Notes under the pieces: model-generated
What the model saw: only the letters and a program-made list of their open reading frames with translations
The model's database searches: none
What the model was told of the DNA's origin: nothing
In this document: in pieces, positions 10,217 to 19,608 of the stretch
How the letters are laid out: each line of letters starts with the position of its first letter
How positions within the stretch are numbered: the first letter of the stretch is position 1
NCBI GenBank assembly: GCA_000092065.1
Contig: CP000588.1
Strand: one strand, 5' to 3'
Source of the DNA: Ostreococcus lucimarinus
Lineage: Eukaryota
DNA: 64,000 nucleotides
Translations under genes and position numbers: made by a program

Positions 10217-10284
10217 CGAGACATTTTAATTAAAATCCATGTACAGCGATAGCGATGATAGAAGAGAGTGCGAGAGTGCAATTT

Positions 10285-11841
10285 TTAGAGAATGTTACGT
10301 CGTCGGCACAGACGGTAGAGCCAGGCGGACATGCCGATGCACGAACTGATCAACAGCGCGGTGCACAGGTAAAACGCCTTGACGCTCGATTCGAACGTCG
10401 ACGTCAAGTTCATACCGAAAATACCAGTCACGACGGCGCCGATCGCGGCGGCAAAGCTCGCGATGGAGAGCATGAGCTCGATTTTGCTCACCTCGAGACG
10501 TCGAGCCGATAGCGTGACGGAGATGGACTCGTCGAGATCTCTCGTGTTTTCGAGCAACGCCTCGGTGGCTCCGTGCACCGCTTCCGTTTGCTGCACGTAA
10601 TACTCGAGCAAGTTTTCGACTTCCTCCTGTTCTTCCGCCTTGGCCTCGCCCGTGGCTTTGGAAGAAAGCGTCATGCGCTCGATGTCATCTTCGTCGTCTA
10701 AAGTTTCCAGCAACTCGTCTCGAACCGCGGACGCGCGCGATTCGAGCTGCACGAGCGCCTGCTTCATGAAGCGCATCTCGTCAAACGTAGTCTTCTCGAT
10801 CCCGGTTTGAAGCTTGCGCTCGAGCGCGCGGTACCTTCGCGCGCAGTGTTCGAGTCTATTTTCGAGTTGCGCACACGTCTCTTGCAGCGCAGCCTCGACC
10901 ATCGTGAGCTCGAAGGGCAAAACGTCCATGCCGTCGCTGCTGGACTGCGTCGACGCGTTGTTCTGTCTTTGCGTCCACGCCTCGAGAAAGTTCATCGACA
11001 TCATCGTGTCCGGTTCCAACAACAGCGCGTGTTCGGCGCAGATGATGATACGCACACCCAAATTCACCAACACCGAATCCTCGCGAACGATCACCGCGGG
11101 CGTATTCGTCGTCTGCCCGAGCGTCGGGTCGATGCGTCTCAAATCGCGCGGCGACAAATCCGTGTCCCTCAACAGTTGCCTGCGCGTCATGATTTGCTTG
11201 TACGGCACGCGCTGTCCCGCGGCATCGATGCGATACACCGCATAGGGCTTCGATAAATAATGCCCCGCGTGTCGTTCGTGCCTCGATGACCCCTCTCGCA
11301 CGCGTTGCGCGCCCTCCGCCGCGTCCCCGACCCCATTCGCCCCGTTCGCGTTCGACTGAATCTTCTTATCCTCCTCGAACAACCACGCCGAAACGTCCTG
11401 CGACATCGCCGGATTACTTTCAACGTTTTTTTCGCTCTCACTCCTCGACGCTTCGGAATCGCTCACCGCGTTCGACCGCGCGTTTCGTCCCCGCGCGCGT
11501 CGTCTCGCCAACGTCAGCGCCAACGCCGGCGCGCGCGCGAGCGCCCCCCCCATCGTCCCCCATCGCGCGATTTCCTCCCTCCCGCGCGTCGACGACGTCG
11601 AGCACGCGTCCACGCCTCCATCCGCGCCGCCGTCTCTCACCGCGCGCGTCTCTCTCGCGCGCGCACCGCTCGCGCGTTTCAGCGCGTCGCGCGATTCGCG
11701 CGCGGCGATTCCGCGTGCGTCGCCCTCTCGCGTCTTCGCGCGTCGATTCGCGCGCGCTCGCGCGACGCATCGCGCGCGCGTCCGCGTCACTCGCGCTGAA
11801 ACGCGCGCGCTCGCGCGCGTCGTCGTCGTCGTCGTCGCCAT
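10285..11841 (-). CDS. CorA/MRS2-family magnesium transporter
   Basis: C-terminal two TM helices with the signature 'GIFGMNL'; long coiled-coil middle region; Thr/Arg-rich N-terminus consistent with organellar targeting. ATG at 11841. Confidence 0.85.
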   Translation of the reverse strand: MATTTTTTRASARVSARVTRTRARCVARARANRRAKTREGDARGIAARESRDALKRASGARARETRAVRDGGADGGVDACSTSSTRGREEIARWGTMGGALARAPALALTLARRRARGRNARSNAVSDSEASRSESEKNVESNPAMSQDVSAWLFEEDKKIQSNANGANGVGDAAEGAQRVREGSSRHERHAGHYLSKPYAVYRIDAAGQRVPYKQIMTRRQLLRDTDLSPRDLRRIDPTLGQTTNTPAVIVREDSVLVNLGVRIIICAEHALLLEPDTMMSMNFLEAWTQRQNNASTQSSSDGMDVLPFELTMVEAALQETCAQLENRLEHCARRYRALERKLQTGIEKTTFDEMRFMKQALVQLESRASAVRDELLETLDDEDDIERMTLSSKATGEAKAEEQEEVENLLEYYVQQTEAVHGATEALLENTRDLDESISVTLSARRLEVSKIELMLSIASFAAAIGAVVTGIFGMNLTSTFESSVKAFYLCTALLISSCIGMSAWLYRLCRRRNIL

Positions 11842-12072
11842 CGTGTGCGGGCGCGCGCGCGCGTCGCGCGATTCGGCGCGTCGTCGGCAGCCATCTTTTT
11901 ATACGACGCGCGCGTCGCATAGAAACGGTGTTTGAGACTATATAGAAGCACTCGGACCGATGAAACCATCACGATAGTGTTTGCGTGTTGATTCGCACCA
12001 CGCGCGCGAATTCAAACGCGACAGCCGCGGCGCGTCGGCGCGTCACGTCGGCGCGCGCGCGAATCGCGAGCG

Positions 12073-13305
12073 ATGGAGGCGGCGATGGCGAAACTGGAGA
12101 CGGCGAAGACGGCGCTGCGCGGCGCGAGCGGGCCGGACGACGGCGATCGCGCGATCGAACTCGCGGGCGAGGCGCTGGAAAAGTTTATGGAGATCGCGAA
12201 CGACGCGGACGCGGACGAGGCGAGCGTGCGACGGGAGACGGCGCGCGCGCACTTTGTGTACGGAGAGGCGCTGTTTCGAGGCGCGCAGGCGCAAAACACG
12301 GTGTTCGGGGAACAGGTGCGGGCGAACGCGGAGGCGAGCGGGACGAGGCTGGAGGACGCGCCCGAGGACGAAGACGTGGGCGAGGAAGACGAGGAAGAAG
12401 GAGCGGGCGCGACGGAGGGCGAGAAGAACGGTAAGGAAGCCGCGGATGACGAGGACGAGGGCGAGGAGGATGAGGAAGAGTCTGATATGGAGTTGGCGTG
12501 GAAGATGTTGGAGACGGCGCGCGTGATGTTTGAAGAGGACGCGAACGCGGCGTTGGAATTGGCGGATGTTTTAGAGACGATCGGGGAGTTGAACATGGAA
12601 CAGTCGCAATTTGATACGGCGTTGTCGGATTACAAGTCGGCGTTGAAGCTCTTGGAAGAAAACTTGGAAGCGACGGATAGGCGTTTGGCGAGCGCGCTGT
12701 ATTCGATTTCCATCGCTAATCAAATGATGGAGGCGAATGACGACGCGCTCGCGGCGAACACGCGCGCGATCGAAATCTGTGACGCGCGAATCGCGGAGCT
12801 CAAAGCTGGGACGGCGCGCGTGAGCAAGGGTGCGCGCGAGAACGCGGATGAAGTCGTCTCGCCCGAGGCTGCCATCGCCGAGTTGGAGCAAATAATGGGC
12901 GTGGCGTCCGATTTGAAGGAGCGCCAACTCGAGCTGAAAGAGCTCGTCAGTGCGGACAACTCCACGCGCGAAGCTCTCCGACAGGCGTTCAAGGCGATCG
13001 GCGGTGCAGCGCCCCCGGGTGCGTCGGAGCCGGAGGAGAGCGCCGGTTTCGCCGCTCCGACGCTTACGTCGAGCGTTCCCGTGCAAGCGGCGCCTGTTCG
13101 CCGCGTATTACCCGCGCCTGTTCGCCGCGTCGAGGTCGCACCGCTTCAAGAAGCGCCGGCGAAGCGCGTGGAGCCGCAGCAAACGTCCGCGCCCGCTGCC
13201 GCTCCAGAGGCGAAGAAGATGAAACCGACGCCCGTGGACAAAGCCGCGTTGATTGGTGCGACTGCTCCCAAGGACGCCGAACCAAACGGATGCCCGCAGC
13301 AGTAG
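12073..13305 (+). CDS. NASP/Sim3/Hif1-like SHNi-TPR histone H3-H4 chaperone
   Basis: TPR-like helices interrupted by a long acidic insert (EDEDVGEEDEEEG…DDEDEGEEDEEE), then 'MELAWKMLETARVMF' (matches NASP 'LELAWEVLE'), a coiled coil and a basic C-terminus. Confidence 0.75.
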   Translation: MEAAMAKLETAKTALRGASGPDDGDRAIELAGEALEKFMEIANDADADEASVRRETARAHFVYGEALFRGAQAQNTVFGEQVRANAEASGTRLEDAPEDEDVGEEDEEEGAGATEGEKNGKEAADDEDEGEEDEEESDMELAWKMLETARVMFEEDANAALELADVLETIGELNMEQSQFDTALSDYKSALKLLEENLEATDRRLASALYSISIANQMMEANDDALAANTRAIEICDARIAELKAGTARVSKGARENADEVVSPEAAIAELEQIMGVASDLKERQLELKELVSADNSTREALRQAFKAIGGAAPPGASEPEESAGFAAPTLTSSVPVQAAPVRRVLPAPVRRVEVAPLQEAPAKRVEPQQTSAPAAAPEAKKMKPTPVDKAALIGATAPKDAEPNGCPQQ

Positions 13306-13387
13306 TGCAGTAGTTGATCGAGTTCGCTACTAGTGTAATCGTCATGAATTAAAACAACCATGCTGTTAGCACCTACTGTGCCCTAAG

Positions 13388-14494
13388 CTATCTGAAGAAT
13401 ATAGTCGTCATCGCAAAGACGGCGATGCCCACGGCGACGCTCGTCGCCATCGTCGCGTTTGTCACGCTATTAGCACCTACTGTGCCGAGCAAACTGGTGT
13501 TTCGGGGCTTGATATCTAACGTCGCGACGAGCGGGAAGTGATCGCTCACGCTTGAAGTGACGAGGTCGTGGCGAATCGCCGCGCTGACGACTTCGATGTC
13601 CGCTCGAGACGTCAAAATGTAGTCTAATTTTGCCTTAGACGACCCGCTTTGCCACGTGTACCGACTGACTTGCGCGATTCGCCCACCAACCTCCTCTAAC
13701 TCGTCCACGCCGTCGTCGTTGAAATCGCGCAATCGTTTCAGCACCTTGCTCGTCGGCGAGTTGTTTCCCGCGTCGACGTGGCGATCGGAATAATCGTTCA
13801 AATCCCCGGCGACGATGACGGCGTCTCCGGCGTCGTATCGCGCTTGCGCGATCGCCCGCAACACCTCAACCTGCGCTTCTCGCTGCGCACAGCTACTCGG
13901 CTGCGTCGGATTAGCTTTCAAGTGCGCCCCGATGACGCTGACGTATCGACCGCTCACGGATATCCGCGTCCAAAAATGTTTCGACACGCCGCTCTCCTTA
14001 CTTCCCGAGTACGCGCACGACGACTGCGACGCGTCCCAGGTCGCTCGATTTTCCGTCCGCACAAGATTTGAGCTGAAATCGATTTTGGTCAGCATTCCAA
14101 CCTCCTGCTGCGTCGCGCTATCCGTTCCGTCGACCATCCCGCGCGCGTACGCGGGCGAAGCGTTCGCCGCGCGCGCCAGCGTCTCGCACGTCTCATTCTC
14201 CACGATCACCACGCAATCCGCGTCGACCGCCTGCACGACCGCGCGCACGGCGTCCGCGTGCGCCGACGCCGCGGCCGCGTCCCCGTTCGCGTACGGCGAC
14301 GCCGCCACGTCGTTCACGCCGTCGAACAACCACTTCGCGTTCCAAGTCGCAAACGTCAAAGTCGTCGCGCTGGGCGACGCGCGACGATCGCTCGCGACGA
14401 TCGGCGCGGCGTGACACGTCGTGGCGCTCGCGAACGATGTCTGGACGAGCGCGACGAGCGCGACGAGCGCGACGCGCGCCGCGCGGCGCGACAT
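13388..14494 (-). CDS. Secreted or membrane-anchored endonuclease/exonuclease/phosphatase (EEP) family protein
   Basis: N-terminal signal peptide 'VALVALVALVQTSFASA'; EEP motifs 'TFATWNAKW', 'VIVAGDLND', 'SDHFPL'; C-terminal hydrophobic segment (GPI or TM). Confidence 0.8.
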   Translation of the reverse strand: MSRRAARVALVALVALVQTSFASATTCHAAPIVASDRRASPSATTLTFATWNAKWLFDGVNDVAASPYANGDAAAASAHADAVRAVVQAVDADCVVIVENETCETLARAANASPAYARGMVDGTDSATQQEVGMLTKIDFSSNLVRTENRATWDASQSSCAYSGSKESGVSKHFWTRISVSGRYVSVIGAHLKANPTQPSSCAQREAQVEVLRAIAQARYDAGDAVIVAGDLNDYSDRHVDAGNNSPTSKVLKRLRDFNDDGVDELEEVGGRIAQVSRYTWQSGSSKAKLDYILTSRADIEVVSAAIRHDLVTSSVSDHFPLVATLDIKPRNTSLLGTVGANSVTNATMATSVAVGIAVFAMTTIFFR

Positions 14495-14684
14495 TCGTCA
14501 CGTTTTGAGGTTTACTTAACGACCTCACATTAAGTAAACCGACCTCACATTCAAGCGCGGTGGTGCGCCGTCCATCGCCGCGTCCAAGCGAGGCGCGCGT
14601 AGGAGAGAGCTAGACGTCGCACTCGTGCGCGCGCGCCGCTCGAATCACCGCGAAAGACGACGCGCGCGCGGCGCGAGGGGAGGG

Positions 14685-15950
14685 ATGGCGATGGAAATCG
14701 CACTGCCGCTCACGAACGAATGGGTGCGGAAACTCGCGACGGCGATGGAAGCGAACACGCACTGCAGCGTGCCGCGAAGGATATCTAAAATTCTATCCGC
14801 CACCGAGGTTGAAAAGCTGTTCACCGCGGTCGCGCGAGTGCTGAAACGGGAGAAAACTTTGGTGCGCGTGAGGGGCGACGGCGACGACGATTTTGACGAA
14901 GTCGTCGTGGTGGGCGATACCCACGGACAGTATCACGACGTCTTGAAACTTTTCGAGCTCGCGGGCGAGCCCGAAAAGAAGAAAATGTTCGTGTTTAATG
15001 GTGATTTCGTCGATCGCGGGGCCTGGGGAGTGGAAGTGTTGTTGTTGTTGTTGGCGCGCAAGGCGCTCGCGCCGGAGCGCGTAATTTTACTCAGAGGGAA
15101 CCACGAGACGGAATTTTGCACGGAGTGCTACGGATTTGAGCGTGAGTTGAGCGTCAAATACGGGAAAACCGCAGGACGGCGGTTGTATCCAATGTTTTTA
15201 GAGTTGTGCGCGGCGTTGCCGTTAGCTTGCAAGGTGGGGGACGCCACGTTGATTTTACACGGCGGATTGTTTCGAAGCGCGTCGTTGTCGAAGAGGGAGG
15301 CGGCGACGAACCCGAAATTAGGGACATTGGCAGAATTAGAGAAGGCATCAAAAGGCGGCGCGGATCCAATCGGTGAAGGCCGCTCAATGATTGCGGGAGA
15401 CGTATTGTGGAGCGACCCCATTCCTGAAGATGGTTTGCACCACAACGAAAACCGGGGCATCGGCATTCAATTCGGGCCAGCGCAAACACTCGAATTCTTG
15501 CGCAACGAAAATTTAAAGCTAATTATTCGTTCACACGAAGGTCCGGATGCGAGACATGATCGACCGGAGATGCCGAGCATCATGAGCGGTTTTTGCGTCG
15601 ATCACGACTTTGGCGAAGACGGGAAATTGTGCACGCTGTTCAGCGCGCCCAACTACCCGCAGTTTATCGAAGTCGATGACTTGCGCCACAACAACCTCGC
15701 ATCGTTCGTCACGCTGAGCCGCGCGACGAACTTTTGCGATCCAGTGCCGACGTCGTTCGATGCCGTGCCTCGACCGCCGAGTCAGTGTTATTACGAGTTA
15801 GATTTAAATGGAAGCGATGCGGAGGGGCCCGAGAGCGACATTCGTCCCCACGAGCCTCTGCACATCGACGTCGGCGAGGGCGACGAGGGCGCAAGATGGA
15901 AAGAGGATGAACTCTCGCACAAGCTCACCTTAGATCGCGACCAAACGTGA
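14685..15950 (+). CDS. PPP-family Ser/Thr protein phosphatase (PP5/PP7-like catalytic domain with inserts)
   Basis: 'GDTHGQ', 'GDFVDRG', 'LLRGNHE' and 'SAPNY' metallophosphatase motifs. Track start 14625 is GTG; first ATG at 14685 (MAMEIAL). Confidence 0.85.
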   Translation: MAMEIALPLTNEWVRKLATAMEANTHCSVPRRISKILSATEVEKLFTAVARVLKREKTLVRVRGDGDDDFDEVVVVGDTHGQYHDVLKLFELAGEPEKKKMFVFNGDFVDRGAWGVEVLLLLLARKALAPERVILLRGNHETEFCTECYGFERELSVKYGKTAGRRLYPMFLELCAALPLACKVGDATLILHGGLFRSASLSKREAATNPKLGTLAELEKASKGGADPIGEGRSMIAGDVLWSDPIPEDGLHHNENRGIGIQFGPAQTLEFLRNENLKLIIRSHEGPDARHDRPEMPSIMSGFCVDHDFGEDGKLCTLFSAPNYPQFIEVDDLRHNNLASFVTLSRATNFCDPVPTSFDAVPRPPSQCYYELDLNGSDAEGPESDIRPHEPLHIDVGEGDEGARWKEDELSHKLTLDRDQT

Positions 15951-16329
15951 TGTCAAATAATACTCTTTAGTTCCACCAACCACACTTCACACTTCGTCTC
16001 GCGCGTGGTCGCATACATGCCGCGCGCCGCCGCCGCGACGTCCGAGCACGCAAAACGTCATCGCGTCGACGGTAACGCGCAGTCCTCGTCGGCGTCTCCG
16101 GACAACGACGAAGAGCTGGAAACTTTGGTGTGGAAGGTGTACCGGGCGCACCGCGATAAAGCGGCGAAATCGACGTCGCTGCGCGGCGAGGACGTCGTAG
16201 ACGGCGACGAGGGGATACGCACTAGCGCTGTGTCCGTTGTCGAGCGAGCGTTGCGCGCGCCAGTGGACGCGTTGACGAATTTGTGAGGGAGGTGCTCGTG
16301 GAGAGCCGAACCAGGCGGCGAGGCGCGCG

Positions 16330-17385
16330 ATGTCAACGGTTTCCCGTCCACACACGCAGCAGCGAAAGGTTTCGCGACGGCGACGGGTGATTCGACGGTT
16401 CGTCGCGCTGATCGCGGTTGCGTTCGTGTCGGCTACGGTGTTTGAGGGGGTGGTATTGTGGACGCACAAAGCGTTCGCGGCGCCTTGGACGTCTGCGGCG
16501 GCGTTCGCGGAGGAGTGGGCGGACATGCCGTTGAAGTGCCAACGACGGTTAGCAGGATCGTTGCCAGTAGACATGCCCACGCGGTCACGCTCGAGAACGT
16601 ACGTTGAGATGGGCCGAACGGCGCGTGAACGCGGAATCGAGGTGTTTGGCGCGAGAGACGGGAGGAGCGCGGCGACGCAAGGTTTGAGGCTCGACGATAT
16701 GTTTAAGATCGGCGTAGATGGAAAGATTTCCCCCAACCTAATGGTTCTCGAGGTACCGGTGCGTGCGATCGTGATTCCGTTTCCCGTGGGTGCCGTCAGT
16801 CAAATCCTACACCAAGGCACGGTGAAGCATCTGCGAAGGTTCGGCTTCGTGGATGAAACCAATGTGTACTTGCAGAACCCGGAAATGTTCCATTTCAGCG
16901 TATTTCACGCGTCGCATCATCTAGAAGAACACGCGGTGAGTGAGGTGGGCTTCCGGGAAGAGGTAAGTGCGATCAGGTCCGTGACGCGCAAGTTTTGTCC
17001 GATTCGCGCCGTGCTGGAGCGCGTGACAGTGACTAGCGGAGGCGTCGTCGTCGCCGGTTGGAACGTTGAACGCACGTCGTTGGGCGAACCGAGCGACTTA
17101 CGCGCGAGACTTCGCGAAGTGCTACCACGAGCACCGACGAAGCAGCTCGTCAGCGACGCTTTCATTCTTCACACCACCCTCGCGCGTTTGGTGCGACCAC
17201 CTGACGGCACTGTCGCTGAGACGCTTGCCGACGCCATGTCGCGCGATTTGACGGACGAGTTCTGCGGTTTAGAGCTCACCCTCGACCGAGCGTGGTTCGT
17301 GAGCGAGCATCATAAGCTCGCCTTAGCGTTGAAAGGAGCCGTCGATAAGTTAGACATGCCGTTCGATTGTCATAGCAGTGGTTAG
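16330..17385 (+). CDS. Hypothetical membrane-anchored protein with a 2H phosphoesterase-like double HxT/Sx motif
   Basis: N-terminal TM helix 'FVALIAVAFVSATVF'; 'HFSVF' and 'ILHTTLARL' resemble the two H-x-[TS]-x motifs of LigT/CPDase-type 2H enzymes. ATG at 16330. Confidence 0.6.
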   Translation: MSTVSRPHTQQRKVSRRRRVIRRFVALIAVAFVSATVFEGVVLWTHKAFAAPWTSAAAFAEEWADMPLKCQRRLAGSLPVDMPTRSRSRTYVEMGRTARERGIEVFGARDGRSAATQGLRLDDMFKIGVDGKISPNLMVLEVPVRAIVIPFPVGAVSQILHQGTVKHLRRFGFVDETNVYLQNPEMFHFSVFHASHHLEEHAVSEVGFREEVSAIRSVTRKFCPIRAVLERVTVTSGGVVVAGWNVERTSLGEPSDLRARLREVLPRAPTKQLVSDAFILHTTLARLVRPPDGTVAETLADAMSRDLTDEFCGLELTLDRAWFVSEHHKLALALKGAVDKLDMPFDCHSSG

Positions 17386-17477
17386 CTAGAAGTGCACCTC
17401 CCCGAGAGCGACAAAGTAATGGTCCCTGATTTCGTTGTTTTGACGCCAAAAGGAAACGTATAAGTTGATTTTGGGGT

Positions 17478-17891
17478 ATGGAAGGTCAGTCAGATTATGA
17501 TACGAATACAGTCCAGAAGAAGAAACTTTACGAGGAGTTTGATCTCGAACTCATCGATGTATGGCCAGCCAACCTCGATGATTTAGACGCCTATCAAGAA
17601 AACTGGCACAATACCGCGTTAGGACCGCGTTTTGAGCACATAGTCGCGATGAACTGTGCGGCGCTCCGTAAGAAATATACAAAGGCACTGTCATCAGGAA
17701 GCGACGACTTTCCCGTCTTTGTCACAATGTCTTTGTTACAACTACTGGCAGCAGTGGGCGCAGGGCTCTCGGTGTGGCTCTTGGCGTGGCTCCTGGCGTG
17801 GGGTATGCGACTAGTGATAAGGCGTGCTCGGACAAAGCATAGGAGAATGGGGTGGCGGAGACTCGAAGATGAGTTGGACACACAAATATAG
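17478..17891 (+). CDS. Hypothetical small protein with C-terminal TM helix, inside the low-GC island
   Basis: ATG-initiated 137-aa ORF with lower-GC codon usage, like the neighbouring scramblase. No homology recognised. Confidence 0.3.
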   Translation: MEGQSDYDTNTVQKKKLYEEFDLELIDVWPANLDDLDAYQENWHNTALGPRFEHIVAMNCAALRKKYTKALSSGSDDFPVFVTMSLLQLLAAVGAGLSVWLLAWLLAWGMRLVIRRARTKHRRMGWRRLEDELDTQI

Positions 17892-18401
17892 ATGGGTGAC
17901 GTGGCACAGTCGCGCGACATAGAATAACGATATTCTATATCTGCTTAATATTCTGCTTAAGATCTCGGCACTTTCGCTTAAGATCTCTTCAGAATGGAAT
18001 CTCTGAACGCAAGGCGTGGATGTACATTGAACCATGAACGAGGCGGGACGCTTTTTTGGATTACAAGTGTAGGTCTACTTTTACGTTTCGCGGACTCCGC
18101 TTGAGTCGGCCGATGTCACCATGTCAGGTGCTTCGAGTGCACTAGAGACGTGACCGCCGATACACAGGACGTCGAGCTCGGCGTGCCTGATTTCTTACTG
18201 GAAAAAGTACAGTTATTACAAAAGTTGTGTGGTGATTTTTTAGTTTCCGCTTTATATGTTTCGCTTGGCTGTTCCCTGATGATGCCGTTTAGGCGCGTTT
18301 GTGGTGACACCCTAGCTCTATCCTCGCTTTTCTGTATTTCATCAACTACGCAAAAGACACTCAGGCCGGAGTATACCAATATAACGGAGAATTTGCGGCC
18401 A

Positions 18402-19262
18402 TCACTGGCCTTCTTGCTCGAAAAGGGCGGCGTCGATGAGAAGCGCGGAACCGATGAGCGTCGATCGCATCGCCCTGTTCGACTTATCGGGCCAGTTGAC
18501 GCTGTAAACGTTCTTCTTGAAACAACACTCATTTTTGAACCCTGCCCAGAGGTCGGTGATGGCCGCTTCGCCGCCGTCGTGCGCCTCCATGGTCTCTGGG
18601 TCGCGAATGTAAAACGGCACACGGAAGCACTTGCCCTTGACGCCATCGAATTTACACTGCACGCAGCATCCACCGAAACACGTATTCGGGCGAATCATGT
18701 ACATGAGATTGTTCTGCGCGTCGAGTACTTTAAACTTGGGAACGAACAAGTGTAGGTCGCACATGTACTGCGTTCGCCCGAGCTTCGTGCCATTCGCGTC
18801 GAAGCTATCCATGTAAGGCAAACAGCAGCACATCGGACACCGCACGGCCCCGTCTTCGCTGCAACCTACAATGACATTCTGTCCGCACGTCTGATTCTTA
18901 CGATGCGTCAATACCGACTTACTATCGGGTGCCGTGCCGTGCTCGTCCTCCCACTCACGCCGATCCAACGTGCGATACGTGGTTGCCCGGCACCCAGGCG
19001 CCCAGCAGCTCCACGCGCGACCGCAATACCCGGCGTCTTCCTGAATCCAAAACTCCCCCTCTTGGAGCTGGTCGAAATCGATCTCCGCGCCTCTCGGGAC
19101 TTGATGCGCAATCGTCCAATGGATGTTCGGCTGGCACACGAAGCAGCGACAACACTCGTTGGTCTTTTGCTTGAGAAGGATCCCGTTCGAGTCGAGATGT
19201 TCGTCGAACGCGGACATTTGTTGCGCCGGAGGGGCAACGCATGCCATAGGAGAGGGTGCCAT
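18402..19262 (-). CDS. Phospholipid scramblase (PLSCR family)
   Basis: Cys-rich palmitoylation-like cluster 'CCRCFVCQP', a Ca-binding-like region and the C-terminal helix 'GSALLIDAALFEQ' (compare PLSCR 'GACFLIDFMFFE'). Track start 19379 is TTG; first ATG at 19262. The gene and its flanks are markedly lower in GC than the rest of the window. Confidence 0.8.
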   Translation of the reverse strand: MAPSPMACVAPPAQQMSAFDEHLDSNGILLKQKTNECCRCFVCQPNIHWTIAHQVPRGAEIDFDQLQEGEFWIQEDAGYCGRAWSCWAPGCRATTYRTLDRREWEDEHGTAPDSKSVLTHRKNQTCGQNVIVGCSEDGAVRCPMCCCLPYMDSFDANGTKLGRTQYMCDLHLFVPKFKVLDAQNNLMYMIRPNTCFGGCCVQCKFDGVKGKCFRVPFYIRDPETMEAHDGGEAAITDLWAGFKNECCFKKNVYSVNWPDKSNRAMRSTLIGSALLIDAALFEQEGQ

Positions 19263-19608
19263 CTCTATTGGAACGACTCGCGTTGTGACGGCGACGACGA
19301 CGCGATCTGCCCGCACGCAATTTAGGGTAAATCTGACGATAACTTTGCCCAAATTATCGTCAAAATTAAGGTCTGTCAATAACTTTTACTCGTCAATCCT
19401 TGAGTTAATTAGAGGGGGTCGAAGTTATGAAAAAGTTATGAAAATTGACTCTTAGTCGTTTACGCATAACTCGGGGCATAAAGTTATCAAAACGCTTTAC
19501 TCTTAGTCCAATAACGATAACTTTGCCATTAAAGTCGTAGTTATCGTCAAAGTTATCTACGTTAGTCGGCCTTAGAAAACAAAAGACATCTTTGATTAAA
19601 AGTCTTCT
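19263..19608. promoter_or_regulatory. AT-rich intergenic region with about 9 copies of GATAACTT/AAGTTATC (GATA-type) motifs and other short direct repeats; scramblase promoter and UTP15 3' UTR
   Basis: Direct reading: acgataactttgcc x2, ttatcgtcaaa x3, aagttatgaaaa x2, ctcttagtc x2; GC about 38% against a window background of about 67%. Confidence 0.4.

Noticed and set aside
15987-16736. 249-aa minus-strand ORF and 93-aa plus ORF 16005..16286
   Set aside because: The minus ORF is antisense to the 5' part of the 16330..17385 gene and to intergenic DNA, with wrong-frame composition. The small plus ORF starts at GTG in the track; its ATG version (16017) is unsupported and probably 5'-UTR or upstream-ORF sequence.
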